Of a DNA stretch of 64,000 nt, positions 8,775 to 17,370 are shown piece after piece. This DNA comes from Escherichia coli (GTDB lineage Bacteria; Pseudomonadota; Gammaproteobacteria; Enterobacterales; Enterobacteriaceae). Location of the stretch: NCBI GenBank assembly GCA_032372955.1, contig GCA_032372955.1_4725.1; one strand, written 5' to 3'. Position 1 is the first letter of the stretch; the number at the start of each line of letters is the position of its first letter. The notes below the pieces were generated by a model. The model saw only the letters and a program-made list of their open reading frames with translations. It was not told the origin of the DNA and made no database searches. The translations under genes were made by a program, and so were the position numbers.

Positions 8775-9232
8775 TGGCAACAATGTATTCATTCGAATCT
8801 AACGTCAACGAACTTTTCGACTCGCATAGAGACACTTACGTCACGCCTGTTGCTGAGACCGTCACTCGAAGTATCGAATCCCTCAAACAAAATCTACGTA
8901 AATCCGATATTTGGTCGATGGGACATAGCGATAATGACGGGACGTATTTTACCATCGTGGAACGTATCCCAACAATACCGTTTCATAGCGTTTATCTTGA
9001 CAGTACCGTTGTTTTCTATGTTTACAAGCATCGTATCCTTATCAACATACAACTACCATTCAGCGTCAGCGGGGTTGATGCTATACGTCGGTTGGCTGAT
9101 GTTGCTAATAACGCATTTACGAAATCAGCTATGCCGTGCGATTTCCCTATTACATTAACACTCAAGTTTTCCGATGGTTATGAATTCTACACGATGGAAT
9201 ACTCTCCAGACGAAGAAGGAGCTAAGGGATAA
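8774..9232 (+). CDS. Small protein, paralog family A (member 3)
   Basis: QLPFSVSGVDA and MEYSPDEEG blocks collinear with member 2; same length class (152 vs 153 aa). Confidence 0.55.
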   Translation: MATMYSFESNVNELFDSHRDTYVTPVAETVTRSIESLKQNLRKSDIWSMGHSDNDGTYFTIVERIPTIPFHSVYLDSTVVFYVYKHRILINIQLPFSVSGVDAIRRLADVANNAFTKSAMPCDFPITLTLKFSDGYEFYTMEYSPDEEGAKG

Positions 9233-9234
9233 TC

Positions 9235-9999
9235 ATGTCTATCAAAGATAAAGTTCAGCGATTAATCGAATTCAACCAACAGTGCCGTATTGATGAACTC
9301 GTCAATCTCGTAAACCATATATTCGATAAGTTTGAAGAATCGTTAAACGACGATATGTGGGATACCGATATCGTAAACGGTAAAGCGTATCTTCGGAAAA
9401 CCGTAGCGGATACTGATAGGGTACAATTTCTGGAATTCGGTTTAACTGACGATGGTGCCGTTATTCATGCGTTATTACCCCCATGTTTAAATAACGTTGA
9501 TGTATTAACATACAAACAACATCTATCCGAAATTTTCCAAACAAGAACCTCAAAGTACGAATGTCATATTCGTTTAATGATGTGTTTCCCCATGGAATCT
9601 AACGATAGCAAAACAATAACATTCGATACAAAAGAAATCGCAGATGAAATCTACGTCGATAGCGCAAGGGCTCGTGTCGATCGTATCGTCGATATGTTAG
9701 TTGATGTTGCACGTTCATTCAGTTCAACATCAGACTCTAAGAATGGTTACGTATGTGATTACGTGCATGAACCGTTACGGCGCATCGTTGCAACTCAGAC
9801 AGACAAAGGCATCAATGTTATTGGGGTAGTAAGTGATTTGTCTATGACCGACAACGACAATCTTGAGTTGAGAAGGATCTTCGAAACACGATTGCGAAAC
9901 TGCGCATCGAGATACAAAACATCTGTCACCTTCACCCTCTGTTTTCATCCCGCCATCATGTCGTGGGTAACAACTGTTGATAAAGAAAACAGTAAATAA
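9235..9999 (+). CDS. Hypothetical protein (254 aa)
   Basis: ORF tightly packed after 8774..9232, with AGGAGCTAAGGGATAATC before the ATG. Confidence 0.5.
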   Translation: MSIKDKVQRLIEFNQQCRIDELVNLVNHIFDKFEESLNDDMWDTDIVNGKAYLRKTVADTDRVQFLEFGLTDDGAVIHALLPPCLNNVDVLTYKQHLSEIFQTRTSKYECHIRLMMCFPMESNDSKTITFDTKEIADEIYVDSARARVDRIVDMLVDVARSFSSTSDSKNGYVCDYVHEPLRRIVATQTDKGINVIGVVSDLSMTDNDNLELRRIFETRLRNCASRYKTSVTFTLCFHPAIMSWVTTVDKENSK

Positions 10000-10035
10000 G
10001 TAATATTTCCAAATCGATAACATTAAGGATAAAAA

Positions 10036-10431
10036 ATGAGCATTGTAGAATCCATCGTTAAAGCTGTTAACGACAACATCGATCATCCGCGCATTTCTAC
10101 CATGATCGATATTATTAAACAAGAAAAAACACCTGGTTCATACATTCGTTTTACCCGTTTTGATAGCAGCGATTTACTTTTCACTGTGAAAACCGAGGTT
10201 CACGAGCAACGTATCATCGTAGAGGTCCTGGTAAAGGAGAACAAAGAACTAGACTGGCACTCTGTTCGTGGTGACAGAGACGCGAGAAATTTACTTAAAG
10301 AACATCTCTGTAAAGTGGAAGAGAAATACAATATCCCATTTAGCTTAGAGGTCAATCTTTTCCCAGCGTACCTGCTCTGGTACGTCAGTAGTGAGAAGCA
10401 TGTCGAAACGACAACTGACGTCAAAGAGTAA
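10036..10431 (+). CDS. Small protein, paralog family B (member 1)
   Basis: MSIVESIVKAVNDNIDH and EEKYNIPFSLEVN blocks shared with 10468..10866. Confidence 0.55.
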   Translation: MSIVESIVKAVNDNIDHPRISTMIDIIKQEKTPGSYIRFTRFDSSDLLFTVKTEVHEQRIIVEVLVKENKELDWHSVRGDRDARNLLKEHLCKVEEKYNIPFSLEVNLFPAYLLWYVSSEKHVETTTDVKE

Positions 10432-10467
10432 ATATACGTGATCAATAACAAACTAGGGATTAAAAAG

Positions 10468-10866
10468 ATGAACGTTGCTGATTCCGTCGCTAAAGCGGTC
10501 ATCGATAACATCGACCATTCGTATATTCCCGCCATGATCGATCTGGTTAAGCGAGAAAACGTATCTGACTCGTTGATGTGCTTTAGTCGTATGCTCGACC
10601 AAGCTATACTCGAGGCTGTAAACGTCAGCGTACATCGCCAACATGTTCTCTTCGAGGCGTATATAAAGAACGACCAACATCGATTAGGCCACCACGCGTT
10701 ACGACACGACGAGAACGCGCTGGAGCAGCTAACGAAATGTCTTTATGCGCTGGAAGAGAAATATAACATTCCTTGCTCTCTAGAGGTTAACCATTACCCA
10801 GCGTGTCGGATTTGGCGTATCGCTGGTAAGAAAGGCGCGACGCCTTCAGCTGATTGCGAAGCATAA
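10468..10866 (+). CDS. Small protein, paralog family B (member 2)
   Basis: MNVADSVAKAVIDNIDH and EEKYNIPCSLEVN blocks; ATG at 10468 aligns with the paralog N-terminus (track start 10438 is GTG). Confidence 0.55.
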   Translation: MNVADSVAKAVIDNIDHSYIPAMIDLVKRENVSDSLMCFSRMLDQAILEAVNVSVHRQHVLFEAYIKNDQHRLGHHALRHDENALEQLTKCLYALEEKYNIPCSLEVNHYPACRIWRIAGKKGATPSADCEA

Positions 10867-10877
10867 CAACGTAGCAT

Positions 10878-10921
10878 AGCCCCTTCCCTAGCCATCAAGG
10901 CCGGGGAAGGGCTGTATACCG
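10878..10921 (+). terminator. GC-rich hairpin (CCCTTCCC/GGGAAGGG) followed by CTGTATACCG
   Basis: Immediately after the stop at 10866; same architecture as the other hairpin-TATGC elements. Confidence 0.45.
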
Positions 10922-10941
10922 ACTACACAGGAAAAGAAACA

Positions 10942-11394
10942 ATGAACATGAAAACCGACAAATCTATGAAAAAGCGCTTAGATCGTCTATTCAATGGTCC
11001 CACGGCAGCCTCCGTCGTTGAGGATGTTATTACTCAAGCATTCGAATGCATGGACAGAGGTCTTAACAGCATCCTTGGATGGCATCAGAAAGAACGTGAA
11101 GGTAAGCTCGTCCAGTGTTACAACGAACGTCACTTCGATGATAGTGGTATCAGTGGCGATTACTTTATCTATTTATTTCCCGATAAAATCACGATCAACA
11201 TTGAATTCGATAATGCGATGAACGATCAGGAAATAACATCGATGCGTCAAGCCGCGAAACAAGCCTTCGGACGTTGCGTGGAGCAATACGATCCCGATGT
11301 GTTTATCACATGCCGCATTTTCATCGAGCCGCGAAAATTAATTCAGCATATGTCCTACGGCACCACGTACACTGACGAATCCAACAAGGAATAA
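10942..11394 (+). CDS. Hypothetical protein (150 aa)
   Basis: ORF with AGGAAAAGAAACA before the ATG. Confidence 0.5.
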   Translation: MNMKTDKSMKKRLDRLFNGPTAASVVEDVITQAFECMDRGLNSILGWHQKEREGKLVQCYNERHFDDSGISGDYFIYLFPDKITINIEFDNAMNDQEITSMRQAAKQAFGRCVEQYDPDVFITCRIFIEPRKLIQHMSYGTTYTDESNKE

Positions 11395-11504
11395 AGAACT
11401 GAACCATAACAGCAACGCCAAGAGCCTTATTTGTAGTTTCAAGTATACCTCATCAAACATGAATTAACACGTCAATCAATCGACATAACCACTAGGAGCA
11501 TTCA

Positions 11505-11990
11505 ATGAACATCAACTTTACTATCGAATCCGGCGATTACATGAACGATCGTGATATCATCACATTCTACCGCGAGGATTTTCGCAACGCTATTCTTAAA
11601 ACGATTGAGGATGTCTTGGATCTCGCTGAAGATCAACTTAGCAGCATCACCCCTGAAACACACATAAAAGCACGCGACGAAGCTCTGGGTGATTTGTATA
11701 TACCTAAAGCCTGTGATCGCTGCTGCTTCACTGATTTCTTCGTGTCTACGCAAGCGGTCGTTACCGACGATGGGAAGCATCACGTGATCCTTATCTTGGC
11801 TTCTCATGAGCCTATGATCAATCACGCACTTTCTTTTACACCCGGGTACATCTATGCCCTTGCAAACAAACCGATGATCAACGAAATCATTGCTGACATC
11901 CTTAGTCAGATTTGCAAAGAACATGGATTCCTGTCTATTTTCTTAACCGACGCTGACTACAAAGTAACGGCTGGCAACGAACGCGCATAA
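11505..11990 (+). CDS. Hypothetical protein (161 aa)
   Basis: AGGAGCATTCA before the ATG and a hairpin terminator right after the stop; the overlapping minus ORF 11502..11924 lacks these signals. Confidence 0.5.
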   Translation: MNINFTIESGDYMNDRDIITFYREDFRNAILKTIEDVLDLAEDQLSSITPETHIKARDEALGDLYIPKACDRCCFTDFFVSTQAVVTDDGKHHVILILASHEPMINHALSFTPGYIYALANKPMINEIIADILSQICKEHGFLSIFLTDADYKVTAGNERA

Positions 11991-11991
11991 A

Positions 11992-12052
11992 CCCCACCCC
12001 TCCCTCCGGCTTCCGCCAGGGGGAGGGGCTTCGCATGCGTTTTCTTTTTTGT
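11992..12052 (+). terminator. GC-rich hairpin followed by a T-rich tract
   Basis: CCCCTCCCTCC..GGGGGAGGGG stem, then GCATGCGTTTTCTTTTTTG. Confidence 0.55.
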
Positions 12053-12690
12053 TAAACGAGGATCAACATACTTGATTCATTCGATGGTCCGCGCTTCCTC
12101 TTTTGGACGTGTTGCATCGAAATGCTCTAAGAGTTCAAACATCGATGGTGCTTTATAAACGATTCTACAGAAGTCTACAGCGTTCGTTTTACCTCCGGTA
12201 ATAAAGTTGATACCTAACTTCCTGAATTGATAGTCAGAGACGCCCTCAATGCGCGAGAGCTCACGAAAAACACACGCTCTGGATAGATTCAGCAGGATCT
12301 GCCCGTTGGGGTAGGACGAGGAGATGTCAAGCCATTGTCCACATAAGACGCAACTCTTATGCCGGTGTGTGCCACCCGCCTAAGCTTTCACTTAGGAGCA
12401 GACTATATCATGGAATGCTTTCGCACCCCTCCCGTGTTTGAGGACGCTTGTCCCTTACTCCGCGCGACCGGATAGTCGTTGAACGTTCTTCTTAGGTCTT
12501 ATTGCTGATGCATGCCCTTAGAAGCTTCGCTGCTGATTGCCCATTTATCGTTTCCTTACGAACATCCTTTCTGTTTTCTAACCTTGACGTTTTTCTTTTC
12601 AGAATCCGCTGTGGTCGAAAGGCTTTAGGGGGTTCCAGCAATTAACGGGAATCCGGTGGGGGCGTTATCCCCACCGGGACCTAAAATCGG
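12053..12690. other. ~640 bp tract with no ORF of 60 codons or more in any frame (candidate structured RNA, intron remnant or decayed gene)
   Basis: Lies between the terminator at 11992..12052 and the HNH gene stop at 12691; contains a TCTTATGCCGG motif and a hairpin at 12654..12678. Confidence 0.3.
12654..12678 (-). terminator. Hairpin just downstream of the HNH gene stop (no obvious U-tract)
   Basis: CCGGTGGGG-cgttat-CCCCACCGG, 9-bp perfect stem, 13 nt 3' of the minus-strand stop codon. Confidence 0.35.
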
Positions 12691-13797
12691 TTAAGCGTCG
12701 TTAAGACCGACAGGCATCGAACTGACATCTTCAAAATAGCGGAAGATGAATGGAGAACGACCTTCTGTGATCCTATTACGACAGTACTTCGTGATAGTCA
12801 CGTTAGAAACACCCGTCTCTCGTTGTGCGTGAGCAATTGATGCAAACACATAACGTTTACCGGTTTGTTTATCGATAGCCGCGATAGGGTGACCCATATC
12901 GTATTCCTGAAGACGACGATGTTGTCCGATCTGCCAATCTGGCCACGGAGTATCATCGTCAACTTCTTTGAAATACAGATTACAGGCTGGCATGAATTTC
13001 GTTTTACGCGTCATCCAATACCAAACACGTTTACGTTCCAAGCATGGATAAGCAGCACAACACGCGGCAATAGTCGGGAACACCCTAATCTCACCGGTAT
13101 TGTAATCCTTAACCTTAACAGGATGTAAGCCTTCCGTACGAAGACCATTATCAACTGCATGCTTATTGTTCTCAGAATAGGTTGTCCATTCAATGTTGCC
13201 AGGACGGTTATCCCATTTGATGCCGTTCTTGTGATTGATGATCTTTGTCATCACATCGGCACCGTATTCCAGGAACACGTAACCCATCGCTCGATGCTGG
13301 AACATTTGAGCTGTGAAACCGTTGTCATTAACAACTCGTTGAAAGAGATAACCAGCACGTTTATTTCGCGCCGGATCCCCTTTCGACCGTGTCCATGATT
13401 TCTTCTGCCCGGTTAAAAGACTAATAACTTCACCCTGTTCATTCATCACGTAATGCGTGAAGAACGGGACATAGTAATAGCCGGGATAACCTTTATGTTC
13501 CAACTTACCGTTCTTGAAACGATAAAGCAAATTCTCACGTTTGATGTTTTCTGGGTTCCCATCGATATACAACGAATGTGCTTCGTCTAAGAGATCTTCG
13601 TATATGTTAATAGCGTGCAGTTTACGCATTACCACAAGACCTGCGTCATACAGACCAGGACCACGGTACCAGTCAAGTTTGACGTACGATATTCCGTCTT
13701 CCACGATAAGCGGTAACGGCTTCATATCGAGGTCGAAGATACCTTCTTCGGAAACAACACATTCAGTAATCTTTGGATACTCATAACTACTTGACAT
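12691..13797 (-). CDS. HNH homing endonuclease
   Basis: HKNGIKWDNRPGNIEWTTYSENNKH is a canonical HNH block; the likely start is the second ATG at 13797 (MSSSYEYPK), 7 bp after AAGGAG; the track start is at 13824. Confidence 0.8.
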   Translation of the reverse strand: MSSSYEYPKITECVVSEEGIFDLDMKPLPLIVEDGISYVKLDWYRGPGLYDAGLVVMRKLHAINIYEDLLDEAHSLYIDGNPENIKRENLLYRFKNGKLEHKGYPGYYYVPFFTHYVMNEQGEVISLLTGQKKSWTRSKGDPARNKRAGYLFQRVVNDNGFTAQMFQHRAMGYVFLEYGADVMTKIINHKNGIKWDNRPGNIEWTTYSENNKHAVDNGLRTEGLHPVKVKDYNTGEIRVFPTIAACCAAYPCLERKRVWYWMTRKTKFMPACNLYFKEVDDDTPWPDWQIGQHRRLQEYDMGHPIAAIDKQTGKRYVFASIAHAQRETGVSNVTITKYCRNRITEGRSPFIFRYFEDVSSMPVGLNDA

Positions 13798-13864
13798 ATC
13801 AACTCCTTGCTCGCTTAGTATCATACTTATCGAGAAAGGAGGTAAAACTTAACCGATTTATTTC

Positions 13865-15364
13865 TTAATCCGCAACAAATAATCTAATATAACTTCTCAG
13901 GTTCGGCATATCCCAGAAGAGATGGATGCCGTTGTCCGCCATGAGATCGCATGGCAATGTGACGATATGTCCGGTTCGTGAGATAACCCACTTATCTTCT
14001 TCCTGGGTCATGTCGTCGGCGGTGCATCCCATGACTTCCCCACGGTTAAGATACACGAAGAAAAGTTTATCGCAGATACGTTTAGGGTTAGAACTGAAAT
14101 CTTTCAAATCCGACGCCGCCAAACGAATAGGGATGGTCATCGAATAGTCTTTTGTTTTCTGGTCCAACGCCTCGATGCCTTGGTTATCCCAAAGGTTATA
14201 TACACCGTAGTCGATTTGATGGTTCGTTTGCATCTCTTCGTGCCATGCAAGCTCCGTGAACCCTTCTGTACCAGGAATCGCTTTTAATTTCGTATGGCAT
14301 TTATTTCGCTCTAACACCGCATCGAGTGAATAACGTCCTTCATCCGGTCTTCCTAAACGAACGAACTTATAACCACACATCGCATCCATAACCTGATACG
14401 TGGCCATCGTATAAAACATCGGCCATGTTTGCTCAAGGGTAAGGTTGGTTTTACGACCTGAAGCAGATACCTTGTCGGTCTTCGGTGGTACCCAGCGAGC
14501 AATACGATACTTAGGTGGTACACGAGGATCGGAGAAAACATCCTCGGGACGATACCCTTCCTCGTTCAGTGCCTGGAGCATGCGCGGAATATCGAACGCA
14601 ATATTCCAGCCAAGGAGATAATCCGGCTGCCATTCGTGAACCTTCTGCATGCATTGGATGACCGCTTGCGCCGGGCTTTCTACGATTCGCACATCGTACT
14701 GATATTTTTCAAATGCGTGAGGATCTTCTTTGGTGTTCAGACGTTCGGCCAGGTAATATCGAATCTTCTCATGGGTTTTCTCAATCGCATTCGGAATATG
14801 ACCAACGAAGTCCTTGGTATAGCAAAGGATCGCATTGTATCCCATTGTAATAGACATACAGACGATCTTACCGTGTCCATGGACAACGTCGGTTTCGATA
14901 TCGAAACAGGCAATGGAAGCGGGTAATTTATCGACGTATTCCGGCCATTTTGTATTGTATTGGGTTTTTAAATAACAGCTGGCGCTAACGTCCGTGCCGT
15001 AGAGGTAGGGACTCCGTGCAAGTTGTTGTAAACGGGTGTTATCGTCAGCACGTCTTTTATAAAGCACCGAACTGATCTTTTCAACCAGTTCACTTTGACG
15101 GACATCGTAGCGTCGCACATGCGAGAGCTTCTCGCTTTCCTTTTTATATTTGTTCTTGCGTTTACTCTCTACCGTCACCCAAAACGGACGTTTGTAATTC
15201 TCGAAGAAGCGAAGGTTCGTCGCTTGCGTATTATCATCAAAGAACATGATCTCTTTTGCGATCATGAGGTCGTTCTTACTGCCATCGTTCGCTTCGTTAT
15301 AGCTGATGTGTCGACATTGAATACCGAGCAGTTTCTTCTTAGGTTTTCGTTCTTGTTCGCTCAT
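13865..15364 (-). CDS. DEDDy 3'-5' exonuclease domain protein (family-B DNA polymerase proofreading-like); no polymerase motifs in this ORF
   Basis: Exo I FDIET, Exo II WNIAFD, Exo III YNLWD (YxxxD) in canonical order and spacing; the ORF ends about 100 aa after Exo III with no DxxSLYPS or YGDTDS blocks. Confidence 0.65.
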   Translation of the reverse strand: MSEQERKPKKKLLGIQCRHISYNEANDGSKNDLMIAKEIMFFDDNTQATNLRFFENYKRPFWVTVESKRKNKYKKESEKLSHVRRYDVRQSELVEKISSVLYKRRADDNTRLQQLARSPYLYGTDVSASCYLKTQYNTKWPEYVDKLPASIACFDIETDVVHGHGKIVCMSITMGYNAILCYTKDFVGHIPNAIEKTHEKIRYYLAERLNTKEDPHAFEKYQYDVRIVESPAQAVIQCMQKVHEWQPDYLLGWNIAFDIPRMLQALNEEGYRPEDVFSDPRVPPKYRIARWVPPKTDKVSASGRKTNLTLEQTWPMFYTMATYQVMDAMCGYKFVRLGRPDEGRYSLDAVLERNKCHTKLKAIPGTEGFTELAWHEEMQTNHQIDYGVYNLWDNQGIEALDQKTKDYSMTIPIRLAASDLKDFSSNPKRICDKLFFVYLNRGEVMGCTADDMTQEEDKWVISRTGHIVTLPCDLMADNGIHLFWDMPNLRSYIRLFVAD

Positions 15365-15557
15365 GGCTTGATAAACTCGTAATAAGTGTTAAAAAGGTGA
15401 TTTTCTATATCATCCCCACGTTCTGTTGTTTTTAACCGACCACTCTTATTGCTTGGGGTGTGATGGGTGATGTTACCGTCAAAAGGTATTTCTATGAATG
15501 CCGTTGCATAGCAGCGGACACATTGTGATTGGTGCGGCCAGCCGATCCATTAGCCCT

Positions 15558-15575
15558 TAAATTTACGTAAATTTA
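15558..15575. promoter_or_regulatory. Perfect 18-bp palindrome TAAATTTACGTAAATTTA
   Basis: Exact reverse-complement symmetry, 12 bp upstream of the metallopeptidase start codon, inside the divergent region 15365..15586. Confidence 0.5.
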
Positions 15576-15586
15576 GAGAGTGTACA

Positions 15587-16897
15587 ATGTCATTACTACA
15601 ACGCGTGTATGGTCATGACGAATTAACGATGGAGGCCATCAAGTTTCAGGATGGTTCCTTGTTCAAGGAAATGACCGAGTTCTTCAGAAGCAAACAGGGA
15701 CTGGATAAAAAAGATGTTTTAAACGTTTTCAAGGACGGTCGTTTAACCGAGATGGTTAAACGCTATACGGGGTTGAACATCGAATTCTCGGTCGACGTGA
15801 AAATGGGCCAAATGAATGCCTACGTGTACCCACCGGATATTTCGACAAACAACACAATCCTGGCAGACTATCATCGGTTATGGATGCGTGGTGCTGATGG
15901 TGTTACGCTCCTTAAAAAGATTAAAGATACGCCTGTCGGTTACGTCGATTTAGAAAAAGGTCGTGTTTACGGTATCTTTGAAGAATTGAAGATTCGTTCT
16001 GCCATCACGTATGAACTGCTAACCGCGACAGAACCCTTTCTTCCGGAAGAAAAAGCAGCCATAATGCTGCATGAAATCGGGCACGCATTTACCTTCCTTG
16101 AAACATTGTCGGAAACGGTTCGTGTCGAAGCCTCAATCATGACCGTACAGCGTGAACTGTTGGGAACAACCGATAAGGTAAAACGTATCGAACTGGCGAA
16201 AGCGTTAAACAAAACGCTGGATACTAACGTCGACGTAGACAAAATCAGTGATTCAGACGACGGTAGTGTCTGGTACACGGTTTACGTGTCTAACAGAGCG
16301 ATGCAGTTACGAAACGTAAACAACGCTGGACGATATACCGACGTTGCTTCCGAATTCATGGCTGATCAGTTCGCTACGCGTCATGGTGGTGGGGAGTATC
16401 TCGTTAGCGGGCTTGCTAAAATGTATCGGCTTTATAGCAAAGACTCCGTGAAGTCCAAAACGATGTTCTGGCTCTCCTTCATCATGGATGCTACTATAGC
16501 TTCTATGATGGCGATAGGTTTAGCTTCTGTTGGTGCTATCGGCGTGTTGGTTGTTGTCGCTGTAACCGCGCTTTCTGTTTGGTTAGATCCGACATACAGC
16601 ATTTACGATAACGACATGGAACGATTCCGTAAAATCAAACAAGATTTAATTATACGCTTGAAAGATCGTGATATCCCAAGCGATGTTCGTTCCATGACGC
16701 TGGATGCCATCAAAACAATCGATGAAACGCTGAGTGCGATGAACAATAATCGTACCTTTTCGCAGATGGTTACGCTTATCCTTCGTCCTGGGGTTCGTAA
16801 AGCGGTTAAACAGGAAGAAATTCAGCAAGTCCTTTCTTCTACAATGAACAGCGATCTGTTCAAAACCGCAGCGACTCTTGATTCCATTATCGCCTAA
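15587..16897 (+). CDS. M48-like zinc metallopeptidase with C-terminal transmembrane anchor
   Basis: HEIGH (HExxH) followed by EFMADQFATRHG, matching the HtpX-type E-x-x-A-D-x-x-A-x-x-x-G third-ligand block; C-terminal hydrophobic stretch FWLSFIMDATIASMMAIGLASVGAIGVLVVVAVTALSVWL. Confidence 0.55.
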   Translation: MSLLQRVYGHDELTMEAIKFQDGSLFKEMTEFFRSKQGLDKKDVLNVFKDGRLTEMVKRYTGLNIEFSVDVKMGQMNAYVYPPDISTNNTILADYHRLWMRGADGVTLLKKIKDTPVGYVDLEKGRVYGIFEELKIRSAITYELLTATEPFLPEEKAAIMLHEIGHAFTFLETLSETVRVEASIMTVQRELLGTTDKVKRIELAKALNKTLDTNVDVDKISDSDDGSVWYTVYVSNRAMQLRNVNNAGRYTDVASEFMADQFATRHGGGEYLVSGLAKMYRLYSKDSVKSKTMFWLSFIMDATIASMMAIGLASVGAIGVLVVVAVTALSVWLDPTYSIYDNDMERFRKIKQDLIIRLKDRDIPSDVRSMTLDAIKTIDETLSAMNNNRTFSQMVTLILRPGVRKAVKQEEIQQVLSSTMNSDLFKTAATLDSIIA

Positions 16898-16929
16898 TCT
16901 CTTCTATTTTTACTATAAAGGAATTTAAC

Positions 16930-17370
16930 ATGAATATTTCTGATTTCGCCGTTCAGCTGAAAGACCTGGTACGTGATTTCCCAGCCGAACAACAGACCCG
17001 TGCGTTAAGTATTGCCGCAGGTTACATCGCCGGTTACAGCATGCCTGTATTCGCTGAAAAAGAAGATCTGACCGCAGATAGCATTTTCGTTCGCGAACAT
17101 CTCCCTAAAATCCGTGAAGGGTTGGATAAGCTTAACAAGGTGCTGGTTATTGGGCTGGCCGATGCGTTAGACGTTGCTCGCTACTTCTGGTGCCTGCGTT
17201 ACCGCATGGTGCATGAGCCGACCGCACCTGAAACCATGCTGTTATTAGCCTCCGCCGTTCGTGACCAGGAAACCGCAGGGCTGCCTGACGTTATCGAAGG
17301 CGTTGACCCGAAACTGGTTGCACAACTTGCAACGGCTTTCGCTAACGCACTGCAAGGAGAGAATGCATGA
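16930..17370 (+). CDS. Hypothetical protein (146 aa)
   Basis: ORF with AAAGGAATTTAAC before the ATG; stop overlaps the next start (ATGA). Confidence 0.5.
   Translation: MNISDFAVQLKDLVRDFPAEQQTRALSIAAGYIAGYSMPVFAEKEDLTADSIFVREHLPKIREGLDKLNKVLVIGLADALDVARYFWCLRYRMVHEPTAPETMLLLASAVRDQETAGLPDVIEGVDPKLVAQLATAFANALQGENA

Noticed and set aside
11502-11924. 140-aa minus-strand ORF, considered as a possible 3' exon of a split polymerase
   Set aside because: No polymerase motifs, and it overlaps the plus-strand gene 11505..11990, which has an AGGAG site and a terminator; treated as a shadow ORF.
12053-12690. tRNA genes in the ORF-free tract
   Set aside because: Manual scan found no T-arm-like GTTCGAATC or GGATTCGAACC motif and no cloverleaf-compatible inverted repeats; cannot be fully excluded without tRNAscan-type software.
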